From positions 586,178 through 650,177 of the forward strand of contig CAVOYC010000005.1 in assembly GCA_963700575.1 (NCBI GenBank): DNA of 64,000 nucleotides. Reading direction: 5' to 3'. This document shows positions 23,145 to 34,505 of the stretch, in pieces (position 1 is the stretch's first letter; the number at the start of each line of letters is the position of its first letter). The notes below the pieces were generated by a model. It ran no database searches. It was not told the origin of the DNA and saw only the letters and a list, made by a program, of their open reading frames with translations. The stretch comes from an uncultured Planctomycetota bacterium. GTDB taxonomy: Bacteria; Planctomycetota; Planctomycetia; Pirellulales; Pirellulaceae. A program made the translations under genes and the position numbers.

Positions 23145-24687
23145 TCAGCTGCGGTCGACAGGTTCACGCAAATCCTCGGCTTCACCTCCATGTTTCGCCT
23201 CGGGGATGTCTGAAGTGTCGTGGCCACCGGCTAGCGCCACGTTCACGGCAAATACATCATCTGTCTGTTCTTCGAGCGGCGTATCTTCACGGAACTCTGC
23301 TTCCGAGCAGATCAGATCGACCACCTTGCGCTCGATCAATCTGATTCCGCAAGGGCATCCATCTGCCCACGCTTCTCCAGCCGTGCCCGAACGCGCCGCG
23401 GCGATTCGTCACTCTGGTCCGCGATCAGTTCGATCTCCTTCGATCGTAATCCGCCTCGTCGGCGTCGATTTGCTGCATCTTCGGCAATCCGCTCGAAAAT
23501 GAAATGTTCTTTCAAGGCCGTTTCGGTCGCACGCAGGCTGTTCTGCCGAATCTGATTGGCGTGGGCCTGAATCATCTCGTTGCTGAAACCGCTCGACTGC
23601 AACTCCAACACGGCTCGCTCCAGCTCCCGCCGCGCCTGTCGTCGCACCAGGTCAGGAGGCAATTCCCAATTCGCATCGCTGCGTCAGAATCGCCGTAATC
23701 TGCTCGCGCAGACGACGCTGCTGCGTGTAATGCAACTGCCGCTCCAACTCGCGATCGCACCGCCTCGCGCAGCTCGTCCTCGTCTTCAAAACCACCGATC
23801 GATTCGAGGAAACTCTGATTCAGGCCGGCAGCTCGACATACCTGATCTCGCGAATCTTGAAACTGACCTCCAGCTCCTTGCCACGCATCGCTTCGTTCTC
23901 GGCGCCGTCGCTGATCGTGACCGTCGTGCTTGCGCGTCTCACCCTTCTCGGCACCCACAATCAGTTCGCCAAATCCCTCAATCGTCGCGTCACGAAGACT
24001 CAACGTCGGCGCTGCCTTGACACGCACGTCTTCCACTTGAGAGATCGACCTGCTTGCCGTCGTCGGCCACATGGATGTCGACGTCCACGTAGTCACCCGC
24101 TTCAACGCCACCGTCGCGGGCTGACCAGCTTGCCGTAACGCGCCAACAGTCGCTGCAGGCTCTCGTCAACATCCTCGTCCGAGTACTCGCGCACCGGACG
24201 CTCGCAGCTTCAAACCCTTCCACTGCGGAACGTCAAATTCGGGACGCACTTCGATGTCAAACTCAAACGTGAACGGTCCATCTTCCGGAAGCGCCACCGC
24301 GTCAAAGTCAAAATCGGGTTCGCTGATCGCCGAGAATTCGTGCTCCTCGCTCACCTGGCCCAGCGAGTCCATCAGCAGCGAGCCCTTGACCTGGTTGCTG
24401 ACCTGCTCCTTGAAACGAGATTCCACCAGCTTGCGGGGAGCACGTCCAGGACGAAATCCGGGAACCTCCGCTTTCGGTGCCAGTTCGTTAAAGGCATCCT
24501 TCAAGTAACGATCAATGTCCGTCGCGCGATACCGTCACCGTGACGTGCCGCTGGCACGCCCCGGGACTCTCCACGCTCACCTCAAGCGACAGTTTCGGCT
24601 TTTCGGTGCTTTCCGCGCTTCGCGTTCCGCTGCCTCGGGACCTTCTTCAGGATCAATGTCTTCGGGATCGGTGTCTGTGGAACTCAT
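23145..24687 (-). CDS. tig: trigger factor; multiple frame shifts
   Basis: N-terminal fragment MSSTDTDPEDIDPEEG...; KDAFNELAPKAEVPGFRPGRAPRKLVESRFKEQV carries the GFRPG ribosome-binding signature. C-terminal fragments ...ETALKEHFIFERIAEDA... and ...MIERKVVDLICSEAEF... Gene order is tig-clpP2-clpP1 on the minus strand. Confidence 0.85.
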
Positions 24688-24751
24688 CAATGTGCGCCGT
24701 TTGCTCCATCTCACGGAGCTTGCGGTAAGCTCGCCAGAGAAGTGAAAAAGA

Positions 24752-24823
24752 GCGGGTGATGGGATTCGAACCCACGACAACAACGTTGGCAACGTTGTGC
24801 TCTGCCAACTGAGCTACACCCGC
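24752..24823 (-). tRNA. tRNA-Gly (anticodon GCC)
   Basis: The reverse complement is GCGGGTGTAGCTCAGTTGGCAGAGCACAACGTTGCCAACGTTGTTGTCGTGGGTTCGAATCCCATCACCCGCT. It has a 7-bp acceptor stem, D-arm GCTCAGTTGGCAGAGC, anticodon loop TTGCCAA and T-arm GTGGGTTCGAATCCCAT. CCA is not encoded. Confidence 0.9.
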
Positions 24824-25295
24824 AGCAAAGCTCAGCCGCGACCTCACGTCTAAAGCGTACGAGAGACCCCACGGAAAACCGGATTATAGGGCCCACAAAC
24901 AAGCTTGCAAGGGCAATTGTCCGCCCGCCGGCGCCGGAAACCTCCACCACGTTGTGGGTGACAACGCAGAATACGCCCGCCTTCACAGAATAAGAAAACA
25001 ACGGAACTTGAGCAAGCCTGCCGAATACGAGCGAGGGCAACGCGCTGGAACTTGCCACTCCTCTGAACATCTTAACATTGCAGAGGTATGCGAGCCTTCA
25101 GTTCCCCCAGCATGCCAGAACACGGCCTGCGAAAAGATCACTCCGCAACCGCCAAAGACCATCTCGCTCGTACCGTCAACATTCCTGCGTCCCCCCGGCA
25201 TGCCAGACGCCTTGGGGGGAAGAGGAAAATGAAATCGCTAAATTCCGAATTGTACCCAACTCGCGGCGTGTGCCAGTAAACACAAAGCACTTCCA

Positions 25296-25560
25296 CGTTT
25301 TAGCCTGTGTGGCCCCGTCGCCCGCCCCTTAGCCTGTGTGGCCCCGTCGCCCCCATTTTAGCCTGTGTGGCCCCGTCGCCCCCAGCCTGTGTGGCCCCGT
25401 CGCCCCCGTCCCGTCGACCGCCCCCCGTCCAACCTGCGTGGCCCCGTTCAACTCTCGGCCCCGTCAACCGCCGACCCCAACTTGTGTGGCCGCGTCGACC
25501 CCGCCCCGTTGACCCCGCCCCGGTGCGTGAGGCCCCGTCGCCGGTGGCCCGGCAGTCCCT
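25296..25560. repeat. degenerate tandem repeat array, unit about 24-29 bp (AGCCTGTGTGGCCCCGTCGCCCCC)
   Basis: Four near-perfect copies at 25302, 25331, 25360 and 25384, followed by progressively degenerate copies (AACCTGCGTGGCCCCGTTCAAC, AACTTGTGTGGCCGCGTCGACC...). There are no unique spacers between repeats, so it is not CRISPR-like. Confidence 0.7.
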
Positions 25561-26200
25561 CCGGTATGCGAGCCGCCCCCCCTTTTTCGCTCGCCCGCCG
25601 GTGTCTGGTCCCAACGACAGCCCGAACAACAATGACTGCCGCTGCTGCTAATACAGAGACAACGGAACGCGAGAGGCACACCGAAAGCCCACCTAACGCA
25701 GAAACTCTGCTACCGGCATTCTATTACCTCCGGTGCTTCGCGCCATCGGCTTTCTTTGCTTCCGGCTGTCGGGGGGGGCTGATTCTGGGTGCTTATGCTC
25801 ACCCCTTGTAGAGCTGGGCAGGAACATTGATTGGCTACCCCCAATTGTGGATTGCGGCCCTCGCTCTAACCTGCATGGGGGGGTACCAGCAGGGCAGGTT
25901 CCCCCCGCACGCCACCACTGACAGTCAGTCCTAGCCTCGGGGCTCCTCACTCGAAATCTGATGGCCCGAAGGCCTCGATCCGAAGCCCTGGACCAACACC
26001 ACTGCGCGGGACGTCCATCGGGACCGCACGCGCGTCGGCGCGCGTTTCGCGACGCACGGGAGTTAATTTGATTGCCTCGCCGTAATCAACTAAATAGACT
26101 GGCTCATAGAGTCTTGGTCTGTGACGAGCACCAGGTTCTGGCAGACCCGCATTCTGAAGGGGCGGCGGATCGAGTCAAAACGTCCGGAGGGGGAACCGGG

Positions 26201-26746
26201 ATGAAGGCCAAATTGCTGGTTGTGGGGGGCGATGCCAAGGCAGCAGAGATCAATTTGAAGTTGCCCGTGATTATTGGCCGTGGTCGGGAATCTACGCTGA
26301 CACTGCCCCATCCGTTGGTGAGTCGCAAGCACTGTGAACTGTACGAGGTGGACGGGACGTTGATGGTGCGCGATCTTGGGTCACTCAACGGCACCTATGT
26401 GGGAAGCGAACGCGTTGTGGAAGCACGGTTACCGTCGGGCGAGTTGCTGACGGTCGGCACGGTCAACTTTCGCGCCGTGTATTCGCAAGCCGTAGGTGTG
26501 GATGACACGGAACTGCTGGGGGCCGGGGGCAATGATGACAGCACGCATGGCGTTGGGGAGATGAAGCCGCCGTCGAAGTCTGGTTCACGAGCGGACACGG
26601 CAACCGTACCTTCCCGTCCAGAAAAGGTATCGACACCCCAATTCCCGACGGAGCGCGACACCGAATGGCAGGTTGGCAACGCTCCGCCTCGCAGCGACTC
26701 GAAAGATGGCGATGATCTCAGTTCGCTGCTCAACGATTCACGGTGA
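26201..26746 (+). CDS. FHA-domain protein with disordered C-terminal tail
   Basis: MKAKLLVVGGDAKAAEINLKLPVIIGRGRESTLTLPHPLVSRKHCELYEVDGTLMVRDLGSLNGTYVGSERV... FHA signature (G-R...S-R-x-H...N-G-T). ATG at 26201. The ORF track begins at an upstream TTG. Confidence 0.7.
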   Translation: MKAKLLVVGGDAKAAEINLKLPVIIGRGRESTLTLPHPLVSRKHCELYEVDGTLMVRDLGSLNGTYVGSERVVEARLPSGELLTVGTVNFRAVYSQAVGVDDTELLGAGGNDDSTHGVGEMKPPSKSGSRADTATVPSRPEKVSTPQFPTERDTEWQVGNAPPRSDSKDGDDLSSLLNDSR

Positions 26747-26858
26747 GGGAGGTTCGATTCGTAACCAGCACCTCGTCCTTCCCTTGACGTTAGAGCGGCA
26801 AAGCGGCTTAGCCCCGGACGTGTCTGTTCAAGAGGCTGCCGGACGCGGCCTTCGAGGC

Positions 26859-27518
26859 TTATCGCCGAAGCATCTCATCCAGTCCTTGCACGACGGTGGT
26901 GGGGTCGCTGACCACGCGGTAGGTCATGACGCAGATCAACAGGACGCCCAGGGCCATGATTGCGAAGCCATGCGGGTTGGGTGACGTCTTCGTTTGACAC
27001 AAGACCTGGGCCAGTGCCGTTTCCAGCCGTTTCCAGCCGGCGAAACTCTGACGCGGACCGGATGATACCAGCTGCACATTCCGCATTGCGCCGAACAGCT
27101 CCACGTGCAGCTGAACGCCGAGCTTCGGAAGCACCAAGCTGTCGCCGGCCCATCGGGCTTCGCTATCGAGAGGTGTCACGACTTCCGCCAGTATCGACCG
27201 CAGCTGTTCCGGGTTAGCGTTGTAAATCACCAGGCGGGGACGCATCAGCAGCACAATCAACGTCAGGCACAACCCGTAGAAGGCCAGCAGCAGCAGCCAC
27301 ACGGTGCCGCCGAACCGATTGGTGGCGGCCTCCGGCAGAAACAACTCCATGGGCCCCGCGACAACAAAGCCGGAAATGGCCATCCCCAGTGCGGCCACGT
27401 CACGCGCGCCGGTCGTGAGAAAAGGACGGTTGGAGAGGTTGATGAACCCCAGCAGCAGGAAGTAGACCGCCAATGGGCCCAGGGCAATGCTCAGATGTAA
27501 AGCGTCGATATTCAACAT
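26859..27518 (-). CDS. hypothetical polytopic membrane protein
   Basis: 219 aa with several hydrophobic segments ([75 protein letters not shown]). No family recognised. Confidence 0.4.
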   Translation of the reverse strand: MLNIDALHLSIALGPLAVYFLLLGFINLSNRPFLTTGARDVAALGMAISGFVVAGPMELFLPEAATNRFGGTVWLLLLAFYGLCLTLIVLLMRPRLVIYNANPEQLRSILAEVVTPLDSEARWAGDSLVLPKLGVQLHVELFGAMRNVQLVSSGPRQSFAGWKRLETALAQVLCQTKTSPNPHGFAIMALGVLLICVMTYRVVSDPTTVVQGLDEMLRR

Positions 27519-27740
27519 GTCTCCGCGCCCGGCGCTGTCTGGAGCCTGCCCACAACCTGTTCGATCTTAGTTCGCTCCGTGTCCCCGAACAATCCCCCAC
27601 GCGCGTGTCGCACGGCGCGACGTGCGAAGTTGCGACACGTGACCGCGATCCCTGGAAACCGACGATCTTCCGTGTTACTGTGTTGCGTTTGGGGCGGTCC
27701 TCGGCCCGTAGGGCGGGGGACTGTTGTGAGATGGTTTGCT

Positions 27741-28169
27741 GTGGTAGTCGGCCCAAAGTCAGGTCCAAAAGCGGGGTTTCTTGTGAGTGGTCCAAATTTC
27801 GACAAGTGCGAATTGATGCCGGTCATTGCGCAGGATGCCGAAACGGGCGATGTGTTGATGCTGGCCTACATGAACCGCGCGGCGTACCAGGAAACACTCC
27901 GTACTCGGCGAGTCTGTTACTATAGTCGCAGTCGCCAGAAGCTTTGGCGGAAAGGCGAAGAGAGCGGCAATGTACAGGAAGTCCGCGAGATTTTTTTTGA
28001 CTGCGATGCGGATACCTTGTTGGTGAAGGTGCGCCAGATGGGCGACGCCGCGTGTCACGAGGGTTATCGCAGTTGCTTCTTCCGCAAGGTCGATCCTCAG
28101 ACCGGCGCTGTCGAGGTGGTTGGGCAACGTCTGTTTGACCCGGCGGAGGTGTATAAGAAAAACACCTGA
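27741..28169 (+). CDS. hisI: phosphoribosyl-AMP cyclohydrolase
   Basis: ...[96 protein letters not shown]. The start codon is uncertain; GTG 27741 is proposed and ATG 27816 is the alternative. Confidence 0.85.
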   Translation: MVVGPKSGPKAGFLVSGPNFDKCELMPVIAQDAETGDVLMLAYMNRAAYQETLRTRRVCYYSRSRQKLWRKGEESGNVQEVREIFFDCDADTLLVKVRQMGDAACHEGYRSCFFRKVDPQTGAVEVVGQRLFDPAEVYKKNT

Positions 28170-28283
28170 GCGAGGCTGTCTCGCGTGGCGTTGTCTCTTG
28201 ATCCGGATTCATGTCGAACGCACGACGCCGGGCGATTTGCCTCCAGGTCCTCGTTTCCACCCTGCCCCAGACCGAGAACGTGC

Positions 28284-29160
28284 ATGTCCGAACAGATTCT
28301 AAAATTTGGTATTCCGGCCGGCAGTCTGCAGACGGCCACGATCGAGTTGTTTGAGCGAGCGGGTTACCGCATCAAGATCTCGTCCCGATCGTACTATCCG
28401 ACGATCGATGACGAGGAGATCGAGTGCCTGTCTGATCCGCGCTCAGGAAATGGCACGGTACGTCGAGCAGGGCATTCTCGATGCCGGGATCACCGGCAAG
28501 GACTGGATGCTGGAAAGTGGCGTGGACGTGGTCGAAATCTGTGAATTGACTTTCTCCAAGGTCAGTCGTCGTCCGGTCCGCTGGGTGCTCTGCGTGCCGG
28601 AGGACTCACCGGTGCAGACGGTACAGGATCTGCAGGGCAAGCGGATCGCCACCGAGGCGGTGGGCTTAGCCACGCGTTTTCTGCAACGCATGGCGTGACG
28701 GCCAGTGTGGAGTTCTCGTGGGGGGCGACCGAAGTGAAACCACCGCGACTGGCGGATGCCATCGTGGAGGTGACCGAAACGGGCAACTCGCTCCGCGCGA
28801 ACAACTTGCGTATTGTCGCCGAGATACTGCAGAGCACGCCGCGAATGATTGCCAATCACCAGTCGTATGCCGATCCGTGGAAGCGTGAGAAACTGGACAA
28901 CATCGCCCTGATGTTGAAGTCTTGTCTCAACGCCGAGGGACGCGTCGGCCTGATGATGAACGTGCATCGAGACAATCTGGAGCATGTCTGGCTCTCCTGC
29001 CCGCGCTGCAGAATCCCACCATTTCTTCTCTCTCGGACCCGGACTGGCTGGACGTGAACACGATTGTCGAGGAGTCGGTGGTGCGCACCGTGGCTCCCAA
29101 GCTGCGGGCCGCCGGCGCGCGGGGATTGTCGAATATGCCATCAACAAGATCATCGACTAA
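28284..29160 (+). CDS. hisG: ATP phosphoribosyltransferase, long form; frame shifts near 28440, 28690 and 28990
   Basis: [31 protein letters not shown]... / [36 protein letters not shown]... / ...[37 protein letters not shown]... / ...[41 protein letters not shown] (C-terminal regulatory domain). Four frame segments in total. Confidence 0.9.
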
Positions 29161-31016
29161 TGGATTCCACGCAAGGCTCGCGATTGGGAGTCGGTTCGTC
29201 CACAATCGCAATCACCGTTTGTCCCGCTCGAGGCATCGTTTTCTCGCCGGCTGTGCGAATCAGCAGCCGTTTGTCTTCGTCGATGACGAACAGCAGGACG
29301 GCGGTGGGGCCGTACATCTGCAGGAAATCATCGTACGTGAACGATTCGGTCAGTTGCGTCTTCTTCACGACGCTGCCGCCGGCCAGTCGGCCGGCGAGTT
29401 CATCGTGATGCCATTGGTCGCCGAACAGTTTTCGACCACGTAATTGCTCGGCAATCGACACGCGTTTTCCCGAACCTTGGCTGGGTGACGCGAGCTGATA
29501 GACATTCACGCGACCGAATTGGTGGATGAGTTCTCGCACGGCCATGGTGTTCACCTCGTCGTTGAACGTCATGGCCAGGATCCGTCCGATGCCACTCAGG
29601 TCGAGTTCCTCCTGCACATGTTCCGAGAGGATACTGGAGCAATCCGCCGCCAGACCGGCCATGCGGGCCTCGGCGATGTTGGTGAAATTCGTATCGACCA
29701 GTATCACCGCGTACCCTTCGTCGTGCAGCACCTTGGCGATCTCACGAACCCATGATTCGGCCCCGGCGAACAGGATGCCTTGAGGGCTCGGATCGGCCAG
29801 CCCCAGGCGTCGCGCCAGGGGAGCGGCGAGTAGGCCATAGATGGAAACCGTCCCGACGATCGTAAAAAACGTCAGCGGTACAATGTCCGCCGAGCCGGCC
29901 GTGTGGGGACCGGAAAGCGATGTGAGTTTGAGTGCGAAGACGGAAGCCACGGAGGCGGCCACGATCCCCCGTGGCGCCAGGAAAGCCAGAAACACACGGT
30001 CGGCAGTCGACAGGCTGGTCCCGACCGTCGCCGCAAACGCCGCCGCCGGGCGAATCACCAGGATCAAGACGCCCAGGAACAGCAGTCCGCGCGGGCCCAC
30101 CGCGATCAGATCCTGCAGATGCAGTCGCGAGCCGAGTACGATGAACAGCAGCGATATCAGCAGGATGCTCAAGTGCTCCTTGAACTCGAGCACATGATGC
30201 ACGCGAATGTCCTTCTGATTGGCCAGTACGATGCCCATCAACGTGACGGTGATCAGGCCCGATTCGGGCTGCAAATAGTTGGAGACGGCAAAGGCGCCCA
30301 GAGTAACCGTCAGAAACACGGCACCATGCAGGAAATCCGGTATCCAGTATCTGCGCAGGGCCTGCGCGAGTAACAGGGCCACGGCGATGCCCCCCAGCAC
30401 ACCGATGGCGACCGTCCGCGTCAGGTGCAGCAGAGTCGCACCGGCCGAAACGTCACCAGCATGCATGTACAGCTGCTCGAACACCAGTACGGCCAGCACC
30501 GCCCCCACGGGATCAATGACGATCCCTTCCCATTTCACAATCGAACCGATCCGCCGCGCCGGACGGATGTGCCGCAGTAGCGGTACCACGACAGTCGGGC
30601 CCGTCACCACCAGGATGGCCCCCAGCAGAATCGGCCAGATGACCGTCCATTCTCAGCACCAACCAGGCCGCCAACGACGTCAGGACCCACGTGACCAAAG
30701 CACCGATACTGACCAGTCGCAGGACGATGTTCCCCGCACTTCTGAGTTCGGAGAACTTGAGCGTCAGGCCCCCCTCAAACAGAATCGCAGCGACCGCGAG
30801 CGATACAATGGGGAAGAGAATCTTGGGGCCCACCGACGGATCGGAGCCGGTCAATTCGGCGAGCATTTGGTCGGGACGCACGAATAAGCCCAAGATCATC
30901 CCGAAACCCAACAGCAGCAGAATTGCGGGAAGACGCAATCGCCAAGCCAGCCACTGAGCGAGAATGCCCAATAGCGGTACACCGGCCAAGTAATAAAAGA
31001 AAGAGTGATCTTCCAC
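29150..31016 (-). CDS. CPA1/NhaP-type Na+(K+)/H+ antiporter with C-terminal RCK/TrkA-like domain; frame shift near 30650
   Basis: MEDHSFFYYLAGVPLLGILAQWLAWRLRLPAILLLLGFGMILG...IVSLAVAAILFEGGLTLKF... continues in the other frame as ...VTGPTVVVPLLRHIRP...VSNYLQPESGLITVTLMGIVLANQ... The C-terminal half includes VILVDTNFTNIAEARMAGL. Confidence 0.85.
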
Positions 31017-31388
31017 AGTCGACTCGCTTTACGGTTTCAGGTCCCGCATCATAGCGTTGGTGCTATGGCCTCTGCCAGTGCTGACCGTCACTCACCGTGC
31101 TGGCACCCTACGCAGCGACGAGCACGAATACCCAAGCACCAGTCGATGGCACGAAGGGGCGAACAGAGAACTTCCCGGCAGGCGTCTTCTGTAATGGACC
31201 CGTCATCATTTCGTGCTTTGTGCTTCGTCATTCCTTCGGACTTGGGTATTTCGGGCTTCGTGCTTTAGAAGTGGTCGGCACACCGGAATACAGTCGGAAC
31301 TCCGGGCACTCTGCCGCAATGGAAAGACCCGGCCACCGCGAACGGTGGGCCGGGTCATTGCCGGGTTTGGCTCGTTACCGAGCGAGTC

Positions 31389-33018
31389 CTATTTCTTTTC
31401 TTTGTCTTTCTTTTCGTTGTCGACCGCGTCGTTGCCAGGTTGCACGGTGCGTGGTGAGACGGATGGCCCGACCCAGTCATCCGTGCCGTCGCCGGTCAGC
31501 TTGACCAGCGATTCCGGCAGTTCGACGCCGCCGATGTCTTTCATGACTTGGAGCATGGGAGGCAGCGTGTTCGCCATGCTGCTCAGGAATCCGGCCGTAC
31601 TCCCCTTCCCGTCCTTATCGCCGTGGTCCCAGACCACGATCTTATCGAACTTGATGTTGGAGATCGCCTTGGCCGATGCTTCGGCCAGTTTGTCGAGATG
31701 TTCGAGCAGCAGGATCTGGAAGGCTTCCTTGGCTCCACCGCAGGCTTGGATGATCTCTTGCAGACCTTCACCCTTCTTGGCGAGCATTTCGTACTGGCCG
31801 CGGGCTTCGGCATCCAGTTTGGCGAAGATGGCATCGGCTTGAGCCAGCGCGTCGATACGTTTGCGTTCTGCTTCCGCTTCGGCATCGACGATGATGCGGG
31901 CCTTTTCGGCCTTGGCGGGAGCTTCCAGTTCGGCTCGCTTCTCCGCTTCCACACGCTCGGCTTCGGCCAACGCAGCCTTGGCCATCGCTCGGTTCTGCAC
32001 CTCCAGCACCGCCGCTTCCGCTTCCCGTTTGCGGCCTTCACCGATCTGGTACGCTTCGGCTCGGCGGACCGACAGTTCGGCTTGCGAGGCGGCGACCTTG
32101 GCTTGCGCCAGGTTTTCTCCTTCGATGGCCGTGGCGTCGGCATCGGCCACTTGCACACGCATTTCCCGCTCGGACTGCTTGACCTGCGATTCGCGTTGGA
32201 AAGCGGCCGCCTTCTCGCCGACGGCCTGTTCTTTCTCCAAGTCGGCGACGTGAATGGCCTGGTCGCGTTCGGCCTTGCGGACACCAATCGCCTGCTCCTT
32301 GTTGGCCTCGGCCACCTGCACCGTCTTGTCACGTTCGGCCTGGGCCACGCGGGTTTCGCCCATCCGCACGTTTTCAGCCACATCACCGCGAGCCTTCTGG
32401 ATGGCTTCCGAAGCAGCCTTCTGCCCGATCGCGTCAATGTATCCCGACTCGTCCGTGATGTCGGTGATGTTGACGTTGATCAGCTGCAGACCGATCTTGG
32501 CCAGTTCCGGCTCGAGCGAAGCCTGAATGTGCTCCAGGAACTTATCGCGATCGCGGTTGATGTCTTCGATGCCCATCGAGGCGATCACTTGACGCAGCTG
32601 GCCAAAAATCATTTCTTCGGCCTGCTTGCGGATTTCACCGACGCGACAAGCCCAGCAAGCGGATGGCCGCTTGTTGCATCACGGCCGGTTCCGTGCCGAC
32701 GGCTACCGTGAACACACTCGGCACGTTGACGCGGATGTTCTCAAACGACAAAGCACCACGCAGCGGAATCTCGATCTGTATCGGCTCGAGACTCAGATAG
32801 GCATAGTCTTCGAGCAGCGGCACACACGAATTGGGCGCCGGCATGGATCGTCTTGGTCGGCTGGCCCAGCTCGTTTGCCACGACCCCAGATCACCAGCAC
32901 GCGGTTACTCGGGCAACGCTTGTACTGCTTCATCAGTAATAGCAAAATGCTGAAGCCCATGATGCACGAAAAAGACCACAATCAGACCAAGCCACACCAG
33001 CCAAGCTTTCGAGGCCAT
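31389..33018 (-). CDS. floT: flotillin (SPFH/band-7, FloT/YuaG-like); at least 3 frame shifts
   Basis: N-terminal hydrophobic anchor followed by LLLMKQYKRCPSNRVLVIWGRG; then PLLEDYAYLSLEPIQIEIPLRGALSFENIRVNVPSVFTV. The 407-aa C-terminal segment carries the long EA-rich coiled-coil flotillin region. The start is ambiguous between 32981 and 33018. Confidence 0.85.
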
Positions 33019-33165
33019 TGGTGCTTTGGCCGAGCAAAGCAGAGGCAAACATCGCATCTCTCTCCTTGTGAGAGTCAGACTGGTATGGCGTATCGATCGC
33101 GCAGCGCGATCTATCAATTCGCTGCACTGCGCTCGCAAACGGCCAGTCCCGTCGGTCGTGCTCAG

Positions 33166-33936
33166 CTACGGTCTGCACCGCATCTCGGTACGGCGACCGG
33201 ATGCCGTCGCACGACCGCCGGAGCCAATCAGCCTGACCCGGCCATGCCACCCATCAGGTGGCACGGTCTTGCAGGTCGTCGTCCTGAAATTCATCGTTGG
33301 CCGACGACGGCATGGCATCGTCCACCGGCGTCGACGTCCAGCGGTCATCGGGCTCAGCACGCTGACCACCTCGACCGTCGTGCCGGTCTTCAGCTTCTCG
33401 GACGCCGATGTCTTGGCAGCGTATTCCATGATCCGCCCCTGCGTGCGGATCTGAATCTTGCCCAGTCCCCGTGTGCTGTGGCGGGATCGGGAATGTACAC
33501 CGTCCCTCGCTGGCCTACCGTGCGATCGATGTGCGCAGTGCCATCATGCCGCAAACGGTACAGCGATTGCATGAGGTAATGTACGCCGTACATCGCGGCC
33601 GCGCCGGCTGCGATGGCAATAAGAAGTGAAAGCGGGCTAGCTCAGATTCGCTGATAACGATGCCAGTCCGGCACAGCCCGAAAAACGTCAGGGCCGCTAC
33701 AACCGTCTGAAACGATATGACCCCAAACAGCCATGTCGAGCCGTGCGCGTGAGCCGCGTCGTGGCCGTCCGCCATATCGTGCGCAGATGTCAGTCCGGCA
33801 TGTCGATCGGGAGATCGTCGGGCAGGTCATCCGCGAAATCGACGTCATCCGCGCCAAAACCAATGACGGCCAGCACAAACTGGAGGATAAACACCGTACC
33901 ACCCAGCAAGGCACACAGGAGAAATAGTGTATACAT
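33166..33936 (-). CDS. NfeD/YuaF-like membrane protein upstream of flotillin; frame-disrupted
   Basis: MYTLFLLCALLGGTVFILQFVLAVIGFG...WLFGVISFQTVVAALTFFGLCRTG (membrane anchor), followed by an OB-like C-terminal part ...VGQRGTVYIPDPATAHG...RTQGRIMEYAAKTSASEKLKTGTTVEVVSVLSP. The nfeD-floT pairing is a classic operon arrangement. Confidence 0.6.
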
Positions 33937-34059
33937 GGCGTGAACCCTCTTTGAGCATTGAACTTGCGAACTAGCCGATATTCGCTCCCGCCCCGACAAT
34001 CTTGGCTTTCGAGAACAGGCCCGCTGGTATGATGAGACACAATTAGGGGGGTGTCAAAT

Positions 34060-34150
34060 GGGCACCGTCCTGGATGCGGGTGAGGGGGTGTGCGGGTGAG
34101 GGGGTGAGGGGGTGATGGGGAGTGTGGGGAGGGGGTGAGGGGATGTGAGG
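34060..34150. repeat. G-rich imperfect tandem repeats (GGGTGAGGGG units; C-rich on the minus strand)
   Basis: gcgggtgagggggtgtgcgggtgagggggtgagggggtgatggggagtgtggggagggggtgaggggatgtgagg contains more than 8 G-runs of 3 or more. It sits between the OMP stop codon (34506) and the nfeD start (33936). Confidence 0.7.
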
Positions 34151-34208
34151 AGCGGGCCGGCATCCTCGCGCAAGGAAAGCGTCTTTCGGGGCCGGAGGGA
34201 ACGTCGAA

Positions 34209-34382
34209 CGTCGAACGTCGAACTTTCAATGAAGAAGCCTGGCGGATGAAGTCGAAAGCCAGTGGGACGCGAGATGCGCGTGGAGAATCGGCGCCAGTCT
34301 GCGTACCGTGGTGCCGCGTCGCCTGACGCAAACCGGTTCTCCCCACTCTCATTCGACGTTCGACGCGACGTCTGAAAACCAT
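34209..34382. repeat. tandem heptamer GAACGTC x3.5 (34209-34233) and its inverted partner TTCGACGTTCGACG (34361-34382) flanking about 130 bp
   Basis: A 14-bp perfect inverted match, cgtcgaacgtcgaa / ttcgacgttcgacg, was read directly from the sequence. Confidence 0.6.
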
Positions 34383-34505
34383 CGGGGTACACCCCATGTC
34401 CAACACGAAACGTCCCGAATCCGAAGACGCTCGGCGCACACACGCCAGCTCCCACCGCCTCCCTCGACGCTGCGGACCTTCTATTGGCAAGTTCCCGGCG
34501 GGCCG

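Noticed and set aside
25296-25560. CRISPR array
   Set aside because: The repeats are directly tandem with no unique spacers and degrade progressively. No cas genes are present.
25772-25930. tmRNA-like 5' motif GGGGGGGCTGATTCTGG (identical over 14 nt to the E. coli ssrA 5' end) and a downstream ...GGTTCCCCCCGCACGCCACCA
   Set aside because: The conserved UUCGAC/GGG D-arm analogue is absent. The acceptor-stem 3' strand (CAGCCCC) complementary to the 5' end is also absent. No tRNA-like T-arm can be folded. The resemblance is taken as coincidental.
31548-32711. 387-aa plus-strand ORF and 284-aa minus-strand ORF 31583..32437
   Set aside because: Shadow frames of the flotillin coiled-coil region. 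The flotillin reading frame has clear SPFH and EA-repeat homology.
33642-34490. 282-aa minus-strand ORF
   Set aside because: It spans the G-rich repeat spacer and overlaps the nfeD-like gene out of frame. Its translation is a Pro/Arg-rich artefact of the C-rich repeats.
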